From contig CP010514.1 of assembly GCA_001552015.1 (NCBI GenBank), positions 360,001-392,000 on the forward strand: a stretch of DNA of 32,000 bases, given 5' to 3'. This DNA comes from Candidatus Nanopusillus acidilobi (GTDB taxonomy: Archaea > Nanobdellota > Nanobdellia > Nanobdellales > Nanobdellaceae). The notes below the pieces were generated by a model that did not search any database, was not told the origin of the DNA, and saw only the letters and a list, made by a program, of their open reading frames with translations. The position numbers and the translations under genes were made by a program. Positions 1 through 8,726 of this stretch are shown in pieces (the first letter of the stretch is position 1; each line of letters starts with the position of its first letter).

Positions 1-602
1 TTAGTTAAAAATTGATTTGAAATAATTAATATATTAAATTCACCATTTTTTATTTTTTCCTTAATTTCTTTTTTATTACCACCATAATATGCTATAAACT
101 TTATATTTAGATTTAGACTACTTATAAATTTATCAAACAAATCGCTAAATTGCTTTACAAGCAATCTTGTTGGTAATATTATTAGTATCTTTTTGTTGTA
201 CTCACTAGAAAAGTAAATAGAAGAAACTATAATAAATGTTGATTTTCCAACACCTGTTGGCGCTATCATAGAAAAACTATTGTTTTTATATAATCTTTCA
301 AACCACATTATTTGTACTTTCCATGGATTAGAATTTAATAATTTTTTAAAAAATTCAGAAAATTTAGTAATTTCTTTATATAAATTATAAATATTTGAAT
401 AATCTTTTAATTTCCCCTTTTCAGATAATTTTTTATATAGAAGCTCTCTAAAAGTGTTTTCATCCTTTATATTTAATAATTCTAATATTTCTTTATCATC
501 TAAATCATTTTCACAAGGAAGACCATTTGAAAGCCTATAGGAAGAAATTGTACCATTACAATTAAAGCATAAATTTTTTATATATAAAGGAATATATTCC
601 AT
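1..602 (-). CDS. rgy: Reverse gyrase, N-terminal helicase part (runs off the left edge)
   Basis: Hand-translated from ATG at 602: MEYIPLYIKNLCFNCNGTISSYRLSNGLPCENDL...NPWKVQIMWFERLYKNNSFSMIAPTGVGKSTFIIVSSIYFS...KKILIILPTRLLVKQ...FNILIISNQFLT. Zinc-finger-like start, Walker A (PTGVGKST) and ILPTRLLVKQ match reverse gyrase; open to the window edge. Confidence 0.88.
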   Translation of the reverse strand, partial: MEYIPLYIKNLCFNCNGTISSYRLSNGLPCENDLDDKEILELLNIKDENTFRELLYKKLSEKGKLKDYSNIYNLYKEITKFSEFFKKLLNSNPWKVQIMWFERLYKNNSFSMIAPTGVGKSTFIIVSSIYFSSEYNKKILIILPTRLLVKQFSDLFDKFISSLNLNIKFIAYYGGNKKEIKEKIKNGEFNILIISNQFLT

Positions 603-613
603 ATTTTCTTTTA

Positions 614-621
614 TTTTAAAA
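614..621 (+). promoter_or_regulatory. TATA box for GINS gene
   Basis: TTTTAAAA centred about 26 bp upstream of the ATG at 644. Confidence 0.55.
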
Positions 622-626
622 ATTAA

Positions 627-634
627 TTTAAAAA
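627..634 (-). promoter_or_regulatory. TATA box for reverse gyrase gene
   Basis: TTTTTAAA (minus strand) centred about 28 bp upstream of the ATG at 602. Confidence 0.5.
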
Positions 635-643
635 TATTCTATT

Positions 644-1243
644 ATGGATATATCAGATATAATCACTTACTTACAAAAAGAAAAAGAGAAAAAAACATTA
701 CAAAATTTACAAAAAGATTTTTATGTTAAGGTATCTGAATTATTAAAAAAATACAAAAAACAATTAGAAGCATATAAATCTGATAGTAAAGAATATAGAG
801 AAGTTATTGCAACAATAGATAGACTAAAAGAATCATTATCAGAATTAATTAATATAAGAATTAGCAAAATAATGAGTAATACAGTACTAGAAGTTAAAGA
901 AGATCTAAATATAATATCAGAAGATACTTTGGGAGAAGAAGAAAAATTATTATATTCTCTTGTTAAAAAAATATTAAAATCATATAAAGAAAATATACAA
1001 AGCAAGATTATTAATGGAGAAGAAATAGATATCAATAAATTTTTTTCAGATATAAATATAGATGTTTCATTATATCAAAATAAAATAGATAAGAAAATTG
1101 TTGTTATTAAAAATCAATTACCAAAGATTGTTGGACCAAATGGAAAAATATATGGACCTTTTAAAGTTGGAGATATAATAATACTAAATAATAACTTCGC
1201 TGAAAAATTAGAAAATACTGGAATAGGAAAAACAGTTGATTAA
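644..1243 (+). CDS. Archaeal GINS complex subunit (Gins51/Gins15-like)
   Basis: Alpha-helical N-terminus plus C-terminal B domain VVIKNQLPKIVGPNGKIYGPFKVGDIIILNNNFAEKL, the typical GINS signature. Confidence 0.82.
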   Translation: MDISDIITYLQKEKEKKTLQNLQKDFYVKVSELLKKYKKQLEAYKSDSKEYREVIATIDRLKESLSELINIRISKIMSNTVLEVKEDLNIISEDTLGEEEKLLYSLVKKILKSYKENIQSKIINGEEIDINKFFSDINIDVSLYQNKIDKKIVVIKNQLPKIVGPNGKIYGPFKVGDIIILNNNFAEKLENTGIGKTVD

Positions 1244-1275
1244 ACTTATAAAATTATTTAATATTATTATCTTTA

Positions 1276-1590
1276 ATGAAATTACCAAAGACTATTAACA
1301 AATATTGCCCATATTGTAAAAAAGTTACTGAACATAAAGTAATCATTGTAAAAAGTATAAAAGCTAGGACTGGATTAGTTTGGGGTGCTAGAAGAGCTAG
1401 AGAAGGAAAAAAAGGTAGAGGAAATAAAGGAAAATATAGTAAGAGACCATTATCACAAAGAAAAAGAGGTGTTATAAAATCTTCTAAAGGTGTTGATATA
1501 AGATTAGAATGCAGCATATGCAAGAAACAAACTATATGGGAAATAAAAGGTAGATACAAAAAAGTAGAATTATCAACTGCTATAAAATGA
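1276..1590 (+). CDS. rpl44e: 50S ribosomal protein L44e
   Basis: MKLPKTINKYCPYCKKVTEHKV...RRAREGKKGRGNKGKYSKRPLSQRKRGVIKSSKGVDIRLECSICKKQ; two CxxC pairs of L44e. Confidence 0.96.
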   Translation: MKLPKTINKYCPYCKKVTEHKVIIVKSIKARTGLVWGARRAREGKKGRGNKGKYSKRPLSQRKRGVIKSSKGVDIRLECSICKKQTIWEIKGRYKKVELSTAIK

Positions 1591-2057
1591 AGTCAAAAAT
1601 ATATTTTGAAGCATTTTCTAACGATAAAGATAAATTAACTGAATTTTTAAATAAAACATTCGATGCTATATCAAAATTCAAAAATTTTCAAATAATAGAT
1701 AAAAAAATTGCTGATCCTATAACAAAAGATATAAAAACCCCGGACGGAAAAACTATAAATGGATGGTCATCCTATTTAGAAATATATGCAGATTTTAAAG
1801 ATTTCGATTCATTAATAGATTTTATACTATTTTATACACCATCAAGAATTGATATAGAAGATATAAAAGAAATGAGAATTATAACAAAAGATAATGAAAT
1901 AAAATATAACAAAGAAAAAGTTAATCTATTATTAAATCAAATACCACAAGCTATAAATATGAAAGTATCTGCATTGTTAAATATATATCTTGCACAAGTT
2001 AAAAAAGATTCTAAAGGACCTGACAACCAATCATTAACAAATTTAAAAATAAAATAA
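1587..2057 (+). CDS. Conserved archaeal hypothetical protein
   Basis: 156 aa ORF overlapping the L44e stop by 4 nt (ATGA), suggesting translational coupling. Confidence 0.6.
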   Translation: MKSKIYFEAFSNDKDKLTEFLNKTFDAISKFKNFQIIDKKIADPITKDIKTPDGKTINGWSSYLEIYADFKDFDSLIDFILFYTPSRIDIEDIKEMRIITKDNEIKYNKEKVNLLLNQIPQAINMKVSALLNIYLAQVKKDSKGPDNQSLTNLKIK

Positions 2058-2061
2058 AATT

Positions 2062-2859
2062 TTATCCATAATAATATCCTGAACCTTTTTCCCTTTTCTT
2101 GTTTTCTTCCTCTAACTTCTTAATCATATCTAAATCTTTTTCTAATCTTTCTTTTAGTTTTTTACCCTTTTCCTTTAGATCACTTGTATCAACTTGAAAG
2201 TCATATAATTTACCTAAGATTTCTAATGCCTTTGAAGCACCAAAATATCCATTAACTTGATTTGATAAATATGTTTCAACTAATAATAAATAAGCTGGTT
2301 TTTTAAATAATTGAGAATAATATAAAAATAATCCACTCATTCCAACAACAGTATTTGATTTATATAAGTTAAGTTCTCCCAATTTTTCCTTTATCTTATT
2401 TACATCATAATATTTATTTAGTGCAAACAAATAATTTGGATTTTCTGGTTCTAATTGATGTGAACCTATTCCACCAATTATACTTAACTCTAATAGATTA
2501 AATTTACTTATTATTCTAAATAGCTTATTCATGAATCTATATCTAAAGTATAAAGACAATCCAGGATCTTCTAAAATCATTATCTGAAAATCTCCATATA
2601 ATACTAGAAAATTATAGTTACCAATTGGAACAGAATATAATTTATAACTTATATTATCTGCTATATATCCATTTTTATTTACTTTAACTACATCAGGAAA
2701 GAAATCTGTAATTATTCTTCCAACAACTTTTCCTTTATAAGTTTCTATTAACTTTTTTCCAACTATTTTTGACAAATTTCCAAATCCTCCGCCTATTGAA
2801 TAAAGAAAAACTATATTATTCATACTTTTTATTTTTTCTTTATCTATTATAAATTCCAT
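2062..2859 (-). CDS. PAC2-family proteasome-assembly-chaperone-like protein
   Basis: PAC2-like fold motifs (IITDFFPD..., IIGGIGSHQ, VVGMSGLFLYYSQLFKKPAYLLLVETY); location next to aIF2-alpha/Nop10 as in many archaea; C-terminus YYYG. Confidence 0.8.
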   Translation of the reverse strand: MEFIIDKEKIKSMNNIVFLYSIGGGFGNLSKIVGKKLIETYKGKVVGRIITDFFPDVVKVNKNGYIADNISYKLYSVPIGNYNFLVLYGDFQIMILEDPGLSLYFRYRFMNKLFRIISKFNLLELSIIGGIGSHQLEPENPNYLFALNKYYDVNKIKEKLGELNLYKSNTVVGMSGLFLYYSQLFKKPAYLLLVETYLSNQVNGYFGASKALEILGKLYDFQVDTSDLKEKGKKLKERLEKDLDMIKKLEEENKKREKGSGYYYG

Positions 2860-2865
2860 AATATA

Positions 2866-3042
2866 TTATAGTATATTATTTTTATATAAGATTTCTTTTT
2901 TCATTTTTCTTCTATAACCACCCCATTTATCATCAGGAGAAAATTTAGGAGGTATTACTCTAGATGTTTTATTACCACAAATCGGACAGATTTCTTTAAA
3001 TGTATATATTTTACAATTTTTACATTTTCTAATCTCTTTCAT
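2866..3042 (-). CDS. nop10: H/ACA RNP protein Nop10 (58 aa, missing from ORF track)
   Basis: Hand translation MKEIRKCKNCKIYTFKEICPICGNKTSRVIPPKFSPDDKWGGYRRKMKKEILYKNNIL*; matches Nop10 zinc ribbon and PPKFSPxDxxxxYRR motif. Confidence 0.95.
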   Translation of the reverse strand: MKEIRKCKNCKIYTFKEICPICGNKTSRVIPPKFSPDDKWGGYRRKMKKEILYKNNIL

Positions 3043-3805
3043 ATTTATTTATTTCATAAATTACATTATAATTTTTAGCTTCTTTATTAATTAATTCTAG
3101 CATTTCTTTTTCCTTTTTTTGTAAATCAGATGGGCTTATAGTAACATATTTTAGCATATATGTAGGAGCTCCCAGATATTTTATCATTATATTTAGATCC
3201 TTTATTTTTTTAAGAAATTCCTTTATTTTATATATTCCATCACCATCTAAGCAATATGCCTGCATTATATATGTAAACTCATATTTTGGTGGATTTAGAT
3301 AATCAAGTATATATTTGTATAATAGATCTGAGTATTTTTTACTTATTTTATATTTATCTAAAACAGTTTTTCCATTTATATAAGCTTCTAAAAATACACT
3401 ATAAAGTTTGTTTTCTGGAACAATTTTAAATATTATCTCTTTTTCTAATTTATCCATATCTATATTTTCCTTTTCACTCATTATTTTCAATATATTATAA
3501 GCAGCCATCTCTCTTTTATATTCAAAAATCTTTGCTTTTTGTTTATTCTTATCAACTCTCTTTAACGATAAAGTAGCCAATCTATTTTGTACATCTACAT
3601 CTAATACTAAACATACAATCTTTTTACCTTCCCTAACTAAAATCCTTGGATTTGTAATTCTTCTATTTGATAATTCGTCTATTGGAATTATTCCATTAAA
3701 ATTCTCATATTCATCTAAGCTAACTTTTACATCTACATCTGATATATTATTTACTGTACATATAACATAATCATTCACCTTTGGAGGATCTTTTCTCTTA
3801 TACAT
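3029..3805 (-). CDS. eif2a: Translation initiation factor aIF2 alpha subunit
   Basis: N-terminal S1 domain, VKVSLDEYENFNGIIPIDELS...VLDVDVQNRLATLSLKRV; operon position before Nop10. Confidence 0.93.
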   Translation of the reverse strand: MYKRKDPPKVNDYVICTVNNISDVDVKVSLDEYENFNGIIPIDELSNRRITNPRILVREGKKIVCLVLDVDVQNRLATLSLKRVDKNKQKAKIFEYKREMAAYNILKIMSEKENIDMDKLEKEIIFKIVPENKLYSVFLEAYINGKTVLDKYKISKKYSDLLYKYILDYLNPPKYEFTYIMQAYCLDGDGIYKIKEFLKKIKDLNIMIKYLGAPTYMLKYVTISPSDLQKKEKEMLELINKEAKNYNVIYEINKYERD

Positions 3806-3848
3806 CTTTAAAATATATTAAAAAATACTTATTAAATTTATATACGAT

Positions 3849-4829
3849 TTAGGTTTTAGTTACTGGGATATTATATGTAACCTCTTCATAACAATTATAT
3901 GAAAGATTCATTAAAATATATGCTGGTATTCCTATATTTGAATTAAGAAGATTTTGAATTTCTGGATTGCTTTGTGCTAATTGTTGAAGATTTATAATAC
4001 AAGATATTGAAGGTGAACTTATTGGAACATTTTGTGTTGGACTACATGAGAAACCTTCTCCCCCATTTGGTATATCTATTGGAGTTGTTCCGATAATACG
4101 TAATTCAGCATTTACATTAAAGGTAGCTTGACTATTAGAATATACATTACTAAAGCATCCAACAGAATCTTGGAAAGATATTGAGAAATATATATTTCCA
4201 TCAATTTCATTTACATTGATATTAGAAGATACTGGTGTTATTGGAGATGATGAATAATATACAGGCTCACTTAATGTTATTGAACTATTAGAATAATTTA
4301 ATTGTAGTGGAATTAATACATTCGTAACAACATTTGATACATTATATTCTACAACTATTGGTATTTGAGAAGGCACAGCCAGAATACCAGGACTTAAAGA
4401 AACTTCAATATTTCCAATAGTAGAATTTGAAGGAATAAGTTGATCAGAAGAGGAATTATAAGTTGCTGGTTCTGCATTAAAATTACCTGAGTAAGGAGAA
4501 GATAAAGTATAACTATTTACATAATATGAAACTTCTAATTGAGAATTTGACATTGTATAAATATTATTAACATAGATAAGAGGCAATGTATAATTTAAAC
4601 CACTTGATTCACTATAATTTAACGAAGAAGGTGCTTGAACATATATATATAAGTTTCCTGGCTGACTTACTGCCCATGAAGGTTGATATAAATTAGAACC
4701 TGAACTTCCGCTATTAAAAAATCCTGAATTTCCAAATCCAATGTTACCAATTGGACATGTAGAAAAATAAAATAGAGTAGTACCTGCAAATAATATAGGC
4801 AACAAATATATAAATCTTCCAGCTTTCAT
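3849..4829 (-). CDS. Secreted or surface-exposed protein
   Basis: N-terminal signal/TM segment (FIYLLPILFAGTTLFYF) followed by a Ser/Asn/Tyr-rich domain with many N-x-S/T sequons. Confidence 0.7.
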   Translation of the reverse strand: MKAGRFIYLLPILFAGTTLFYFSTCPIGNIGFGNSGFFNSGSSGSNLYQPSWAVSQPGNLYIYVQAPSSLNYSESSGLNYTLPLIYVNNIYTMSNSQLEVSYYVNSYTLSSPYSGNFNAEPATYNSSSDQLIPSNSTIGNIEVSLSPGILAVPSQIPIVVEYNVSNVVTNVLIPLQLNYSNSSITLSEPVYYSSSPITPVSSNINVNEIDGNIYFSISFQDSVGCFSNVYSNSQATFNVNAELRIIGTTPIDIPNGGEGFSCSPTQNVPISSPSISCIINLQQLAQSNPEIQNLLNSNIGIPAYILMNLSYNCYEEVTYNIPVTKT

Positions 4830-4872
4830 TAATTATATTTTTACTTTATTAATTATAAACTTTATCATAATA

Positions 4873-5151
4873 TTAGCCCGAAGTATTTGAATTATTTTGA
4901 TTATTAGATGTATATAAATTATTTAAACTAACATTTTCATTTAAGGCAGTTTGAATAATATTAAAAGCTTGTTGGGCATCATTGATAAATTGTACTATAC
5001 CATTTTCGACACTCTGGAACATTTCATTATTTTCCATATATGCAAGAATTTGATTACGATATAAATAAGCTACTATTATTAAAATTATTAGAATTAATAA
5101 AAAAATCAATCCACCGCCAGAGCTTTTAGCTCTTCCTTTCTTCATAAACAA
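4873..5151 (-). CDS. Small single-TM protein, possibly pilin-like
   Basis: KKGRAKSSGGGLIFLLILIILIIVAYLY: basic N-terminus, glycines, then hydrophobic helix and polar Asn-rich tail. Confidence 0.6.
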   Translation of the reverse strand: MFMKKGRAKSSGGGLIFLLILIILIIVAYLYRNQILAYMENNEMFQSVENGIVQFINDAQQAFNIIQTALNENVSLNNLYTSNNQNNSNTSG

Positions 5152-5177
5152 ATTATAAATTTATTTATTTATAAGTT

Positions 5178-6230
5178 TTAGGATATCTGCAAATAATCTA
5201 TCTTAAGATAATTGTCTGTCTTTATTTCTAATAGATTCTCTGGCAATAAACAATTAGATATATTTACTACATAAGCCCCAACAGACGAACTTATATTATA
5301 TATACAATTATTATTTAGTATAACTTCTCCAGAGCCCTGACTTACTATAATATCCAATATGTAATTTGTTAAATTATTTGGAAATGCTATATAAAATATA
5401 TTGCTCTTTGCTTCTACATATAGATTATTTATATTAACTGGATAAGATGATATCAAACTGATACTATTTTCTCCAATATTTAAATATGGAGTTAAATAAA
5501 ATAAGTTAGAACATGAAGATAAAGGAATTGACAATCCATTTATAATTAATTCTACATTTTGAGGAGAATATGGACAAAAATCATAGAACATATATATATC
5601 TCCAGATATATAATAATAGCTAAAATTTAATGATGAAAACTCTAGATAATTTATATTTATATTATTTAATATTCCATTTCCATTAAATATTATACTAGTT
5701 GGAGAAAACTCTATTTTTAGCTCATTATTTCCATTATATAAATAATTTGGAGAAACAAAAATACCTATTTCTCCATTTTGACATCCAGAATATACTTCAT
5801 AATTATTTACATATATATCGAACTTACCATTATTACATGTAGAATAAGCAGTAATATTTATTCCATCATAATTGTTAGAATAATAGAAATATAAGCTCTT
5901 ACTAACTGTTCCATAAAATATATTTGTTTCAAAATTCAAAGTTCCTAAATTAATATAATATACTGGAATATAACTTCCTATTGTATAATTGCTTGTTATA
6001 TAATAATAATTCTGACTCTCCGATAATTGTATATTTTGAAAGATATATTGATTTCTCATACTTGTATTTGAAAAATTTGAAGAAGGATATAATGTTACAT
6101 TAGTTCCATTAAACAATTGTTGTATTAAGGATTGTTTATATTGATATGGAATAATAGCCCAATATACAAAAATTACTATACCTAATAATATAAAGAATAT
6201 ACCTAAACTTGTCATTTGTAATTTTTTCAT
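5178..6230 (-). CDS. N-terminally anchored extracellular protein
   Basis: N-terminal TM helix (LGIFFILLGIVIFVYWAII) followed by a Tyr/Asn/Ser-rich ectodomain. Confidence 0.7.
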   Translation of the reverse strand: MKKLQMTSLGIFFILLGIVIFVYWAIIPYQYKQSLIQQLFNGTNVTLYPSSNFSNTSMRNQYIFQNIQLSESQNYYYITSNYTIGSYIPVYYINLGTLNFETNIFYGTVSKSLYFYYSNNYDGINITAYSTCNNGKFDIYVNNYEVYSGCQNGEIGIFVSPNYLYNGNNELKIEFSPTSIIFNGNGILNNININYLEFSSLNFSYYYISGDIYMFYDFCPYSPQNVELIINGLSIPLSSCSNLFYLTPYLNIGENSISLISSYPVNINNLYVEAKSNIFYIAFPNNLTNYILDIIVSQGSGEVILNNNCIYNISSSVGAYVVNISNCLLPENLLEIKTDNYLKIDYLQIS

Positions 6231-6255
6231 ATTTTAATAGAATATTCTTTAATAT

Positions 6256-7272
6256 TTATAATTTATACCTTAATTTTCCAACAATACAGAATCTATCAAT
6301 TAATTCAAAATTACTGACATTATTATTTACAAAATATATTTCAGCATTTATTTTATCCAAAATATTAAATAAATTTATAATTTTATCAATATTATTTTCT
6401 TCTTTCATTTTTTTAAAACATTCTTCAGAAATTAAAATATATTCTATATTATTATACATTGCATTATTATATACCTCATCATATCCAAATGCTACCATAT
6501 TTTTTTGCATTAAATATAATATTTCTTCTATTAATTTATTTATTTCTAAAATTTCTAAATTTTTTAATGTCTCATAATATTCTGTTCTTCTAACAAATTC
6601 ATATATTCCATTTACACCTCCGCTAGATACTTTATATATTTTTATATTTTTTATATTTAATTTATCCTTTATATAATCATAAAATTCTTCAGGATAAAAT
6701 AATGGACCAATTATACATAGAAATTTAATATCATAATCCTTTAGTGTATCTAAAAATTCTGAAAATATTTTATATAATTTTGCTTTTTCTTCAGGATCTC
6801 CTTTGTTTATCTTATAATATTCCTCTTTTATAATTTTTATTCCATTATTTATTATACCAAGAGCTATCTCATTATTATCTATAGATATTACAAAGATATT
6901 TTCTTTTTTTCTAGAAGATTTTTCCAATATTTTTTCTTCATATTTTTTTATTTCCTCCTTTTTATATAATGTAAATTCTGTAGATATTCTTATATCAAAT
7001 GTATGATAATGTCCAATAGAATCTTTATCACTTGAATCAATTATTTTTCCAGAAATCCTTAATGAATCTTTATATTCAGAAAATTTTATACTCTCAACTT
7101 CTATTTTTATTTTTATTTTCTTCTTTTCTTTTTCATTTTCAAATTTTAATGTTCTATAATCATATCCTTCTATAATATCTCCTAAATTAACTATTTTATA
7201 TAAATACAATAAGTCTACTTCATCTTCTATCTTAATTTTTATTGTCTTCTTATCTATTATTTCATATTTCAT
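6256..7272 (-). CDS. pelA: mRNA surveillance protein pelota (Dom34)
   Basis: GYDYRTLKF..., RISGKI, GHYHTFDIRISTEFTLYK, central FLCIIGPLF, SSGGVNGIYEFVRR, VAFGYDEVYNNAMYNNIEYILISE. Confidence 0.93.
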   Translation of the reverse strand: MKYEIIDKKTIKIKIEDEVDLLYLYKIVNLGDIIEGYDYRTLKFENEKEKKKIKIKIEVESIKFSEYKDSLRISGKIIDSSDKDSIGHYHTFDIRISTEFTLYKKEEIKKYEEKILEKSSRKKENIFVISIDNNEIALGIINNGIKIIKEEYYKINKGDPEEKAKLYKIFSEFLDTLKDYDIKFLCIIGPLFYPEEFYDYIKDKLNIKNIKIYKVSSGGVNGIYEFVRRTEYYETLKNLEILEINKLIEEILYLMQKNMVAFGYDEVYNNAMYNNIEYILISEECFKKMKEENNIDKIINLFNILDKINAEIYFVNNNVSNFELIDRFCIVGKLRYKL

Positions 7273-8252
7273 ATTAGTAAGAATATTAAAGAAAGAAATA
7301 TTGGAGGAACAAAAGGTGCTCCTTCCTTTACTTTTACTTTTATATCATTATATTCTCCCAATTTCCTTAATATACTAACTTCTTCTTTTGAAAGACCAAA
7401 CCTTCCAATAAACAGTTTATTTTGAAATATATGATAAAATATTATAATAAATGGCATAGAATAATAAAATAAAACTTCATTTAAAAAATAAAATATTAGT
7501 GGCAAAATTGCAATTATTAAGATAACAAGAGAATTTATTAATTTATTATTTTTCTTAAATTTTAATATATATTTATTCCCATTTTCATAAATATCGAAAT
7601 ATTTACTTAATATTTCTTTATCTTCTTCCTTTATACTATTAATTTCTATTCTATCTTCTATCCAATCCCCTTCAACCAATTCATTTACATTTCTTATAAA
7701 TGTTAATTTTTCATCTAAATCCTTTGATATATATCTAAATAGAAAATATGGGATATATATTAAAATTAAAGAAATTAATAGATAATAAATATCAAAATAC
7801 AAAAAGAAAAGATTGATAAAAAATATAGAAACTAATATTAGGATAATATTAAAAATATAAACATAATACTTTTTTCTATTTTCTTTATATACTTTAATAG
7901 CTTCCAAATTATGAAATACAAATGCGAACAATACTAGATAAAATAAAAATAATAATATCTTATATAGAGGAAAGAAAGATAATAGAAAGAATATTGAAAA
8001 GAAAATAAATAGATCTCCAATAGCTAGCAATCTAAATAAATACAATAATATAAAAAATAGAAGAATAAAATATGAAAATATAAAATTCACTGGATAAATA
8101 TTTTGAACAATTAAATATGAGAAATAGAATATATTAAATATCAATAAAATATATATTATTATATCATCTACAGACTTATATTTTATATCCTGATATGATG
8201 AATATGCCAATATTATTATATCAAATATCAATAAAGGAAGCATCTCATTCAT
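7269..8252 (-). CDS. A24-family prepilin/preflagellin peptidase (FlaK/PibD-like)
   Basis: SYQDIKYKSVDD and FRLLAIGDLF aspartate motifs in a multi-TM protein; C-terminal VKVKEGAPFVPPIFLSLIFLL typical of archaeal enzymes. Confidence 0.82.
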   Translation of the reverse strand: MNEMLPLLIFDIIILAYSSYQDIKYKSVDDIIIYILLIFNIFYFSYLIVQNIYPVNFIFSYFILLFFILLYLFRLLAIGDLFIFFSIFFLLSFFPLYKILLFLFYLVLFAFVFHNLEAIKVYKENRKKYYVYIFNIILILVSIFFINLFFLYFDIYYLLISLILIYIPYFLFRYISKDLDEKLTFIRNVNELVEGDWIEDRIEINSIKEEDKEILSKYFDIYENGNKYILKFKKNNKLINSLVILIIAILPLIFYFLNEVLFYYSMPFIIIFYHIFQNKLFIGRFGLSKEEVSILRKLGEYNDIKVKVKEGAPFVPPIFLSLIFLLI

Positions 8253-8268
8253 ATAAAAAATAAAAAAT
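8251..8268 (+). promoter_or_regulatory. Putative TATA region for C/D sRNA gene 1
   Basis: ATATAAAAAATAAAAAAT, about 25-30 bp upstream of the expected RNA 5' end. Confidence 0.35.
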
Positions 8269-8288
8269 ACAATTCTTATAAATAATTA

Positions 8289-8342
8289 TTATGATGATGT
8301 GGACACAATCTGATTAATGATGAAAGGAGTAGCTACTGATTT
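8289..8342 (+). ncRNA. C/D-box sRNA (predicted)
   Basis: C box ATGATGA 8291-8297; 12-nt guide TGTGGACACAAT; D' CTGA 8310-8313; C' ATGATGA 8317-8323; 12-nt guide AAGGAGTAGCTA; D CTGA 8336-8339. Intergenic. Confidence 0.88.
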
Positions 8343-8369
8343 TTAAATTCCTATATATTATTATTTATT

Positions 8370-8726
8370 ATGCCATTAATAATACCATCACCAGAATATG
8401 CTAAAAGAAGGAAAATATTACAAGTTGATAATAAAATTAAAAAATTGGAAAAAGAAAGAAGTGGAAAAATAACTTTAGTATTAAAAAAAGAAATAGACCT
8501 AAATAATGTTGATGAATCATTAAAATTTATATCAATGTTAAAAGAATTGGAAGGGAGAAATTTCTTTGATGAATTATATATTGTTAAATCTGACAAAGTA
8601 TATGATTATTTAGATATAGAAAAAGAATTAGATCAAAAAAATATAGAAAAGAAGAAACTGATAAAATTGTATGATATAGTAAGTAGACTTACAGATATAA
8701 TAGATAAAATTAAAAAAATCTATTAG
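8370..8726 (+). CDS. Hypothetical protein
   Basis: 118 aa ORF, charged and helical C-terminus; fills the gap between divergent/convergent neighbours. Confidence 0.6.
   Translation: MPLIIPSPEYAKRRKILQVDNKIKKLEKERSGKITLVLKKEIDLNNVDESLKFISMLKELEGRNFFDELYIVKSDKVYDYLDIEKELDQKNIEKKKLIKLYDIVSRLTDIIDKIKKIY

Noticed and set aside
721-1559. Minus-strand ORFs 721-1035 and 1254-1559
   Set aside because: Antisense to GINS and L44e; low-complexity hydrophobic shadow translations.
4239-4252. GATGATGA considered as another C box
   Set aside because: Inside a coding sequence and no properly spaced D', C' and D boxes around it.
6209-6577. Plus-strand ORF 6209-6577
   Set aside because: Antisense to pelota and the surface-protein gene; Ile/Phe/Lys-rich shadow ORF.
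8351-8596. Minus-strand ORF 8351-8596
   Set aside because: Antisense to the 8370-8726 ORF, Ser/Asn/Leu-rich shadow, no motif.
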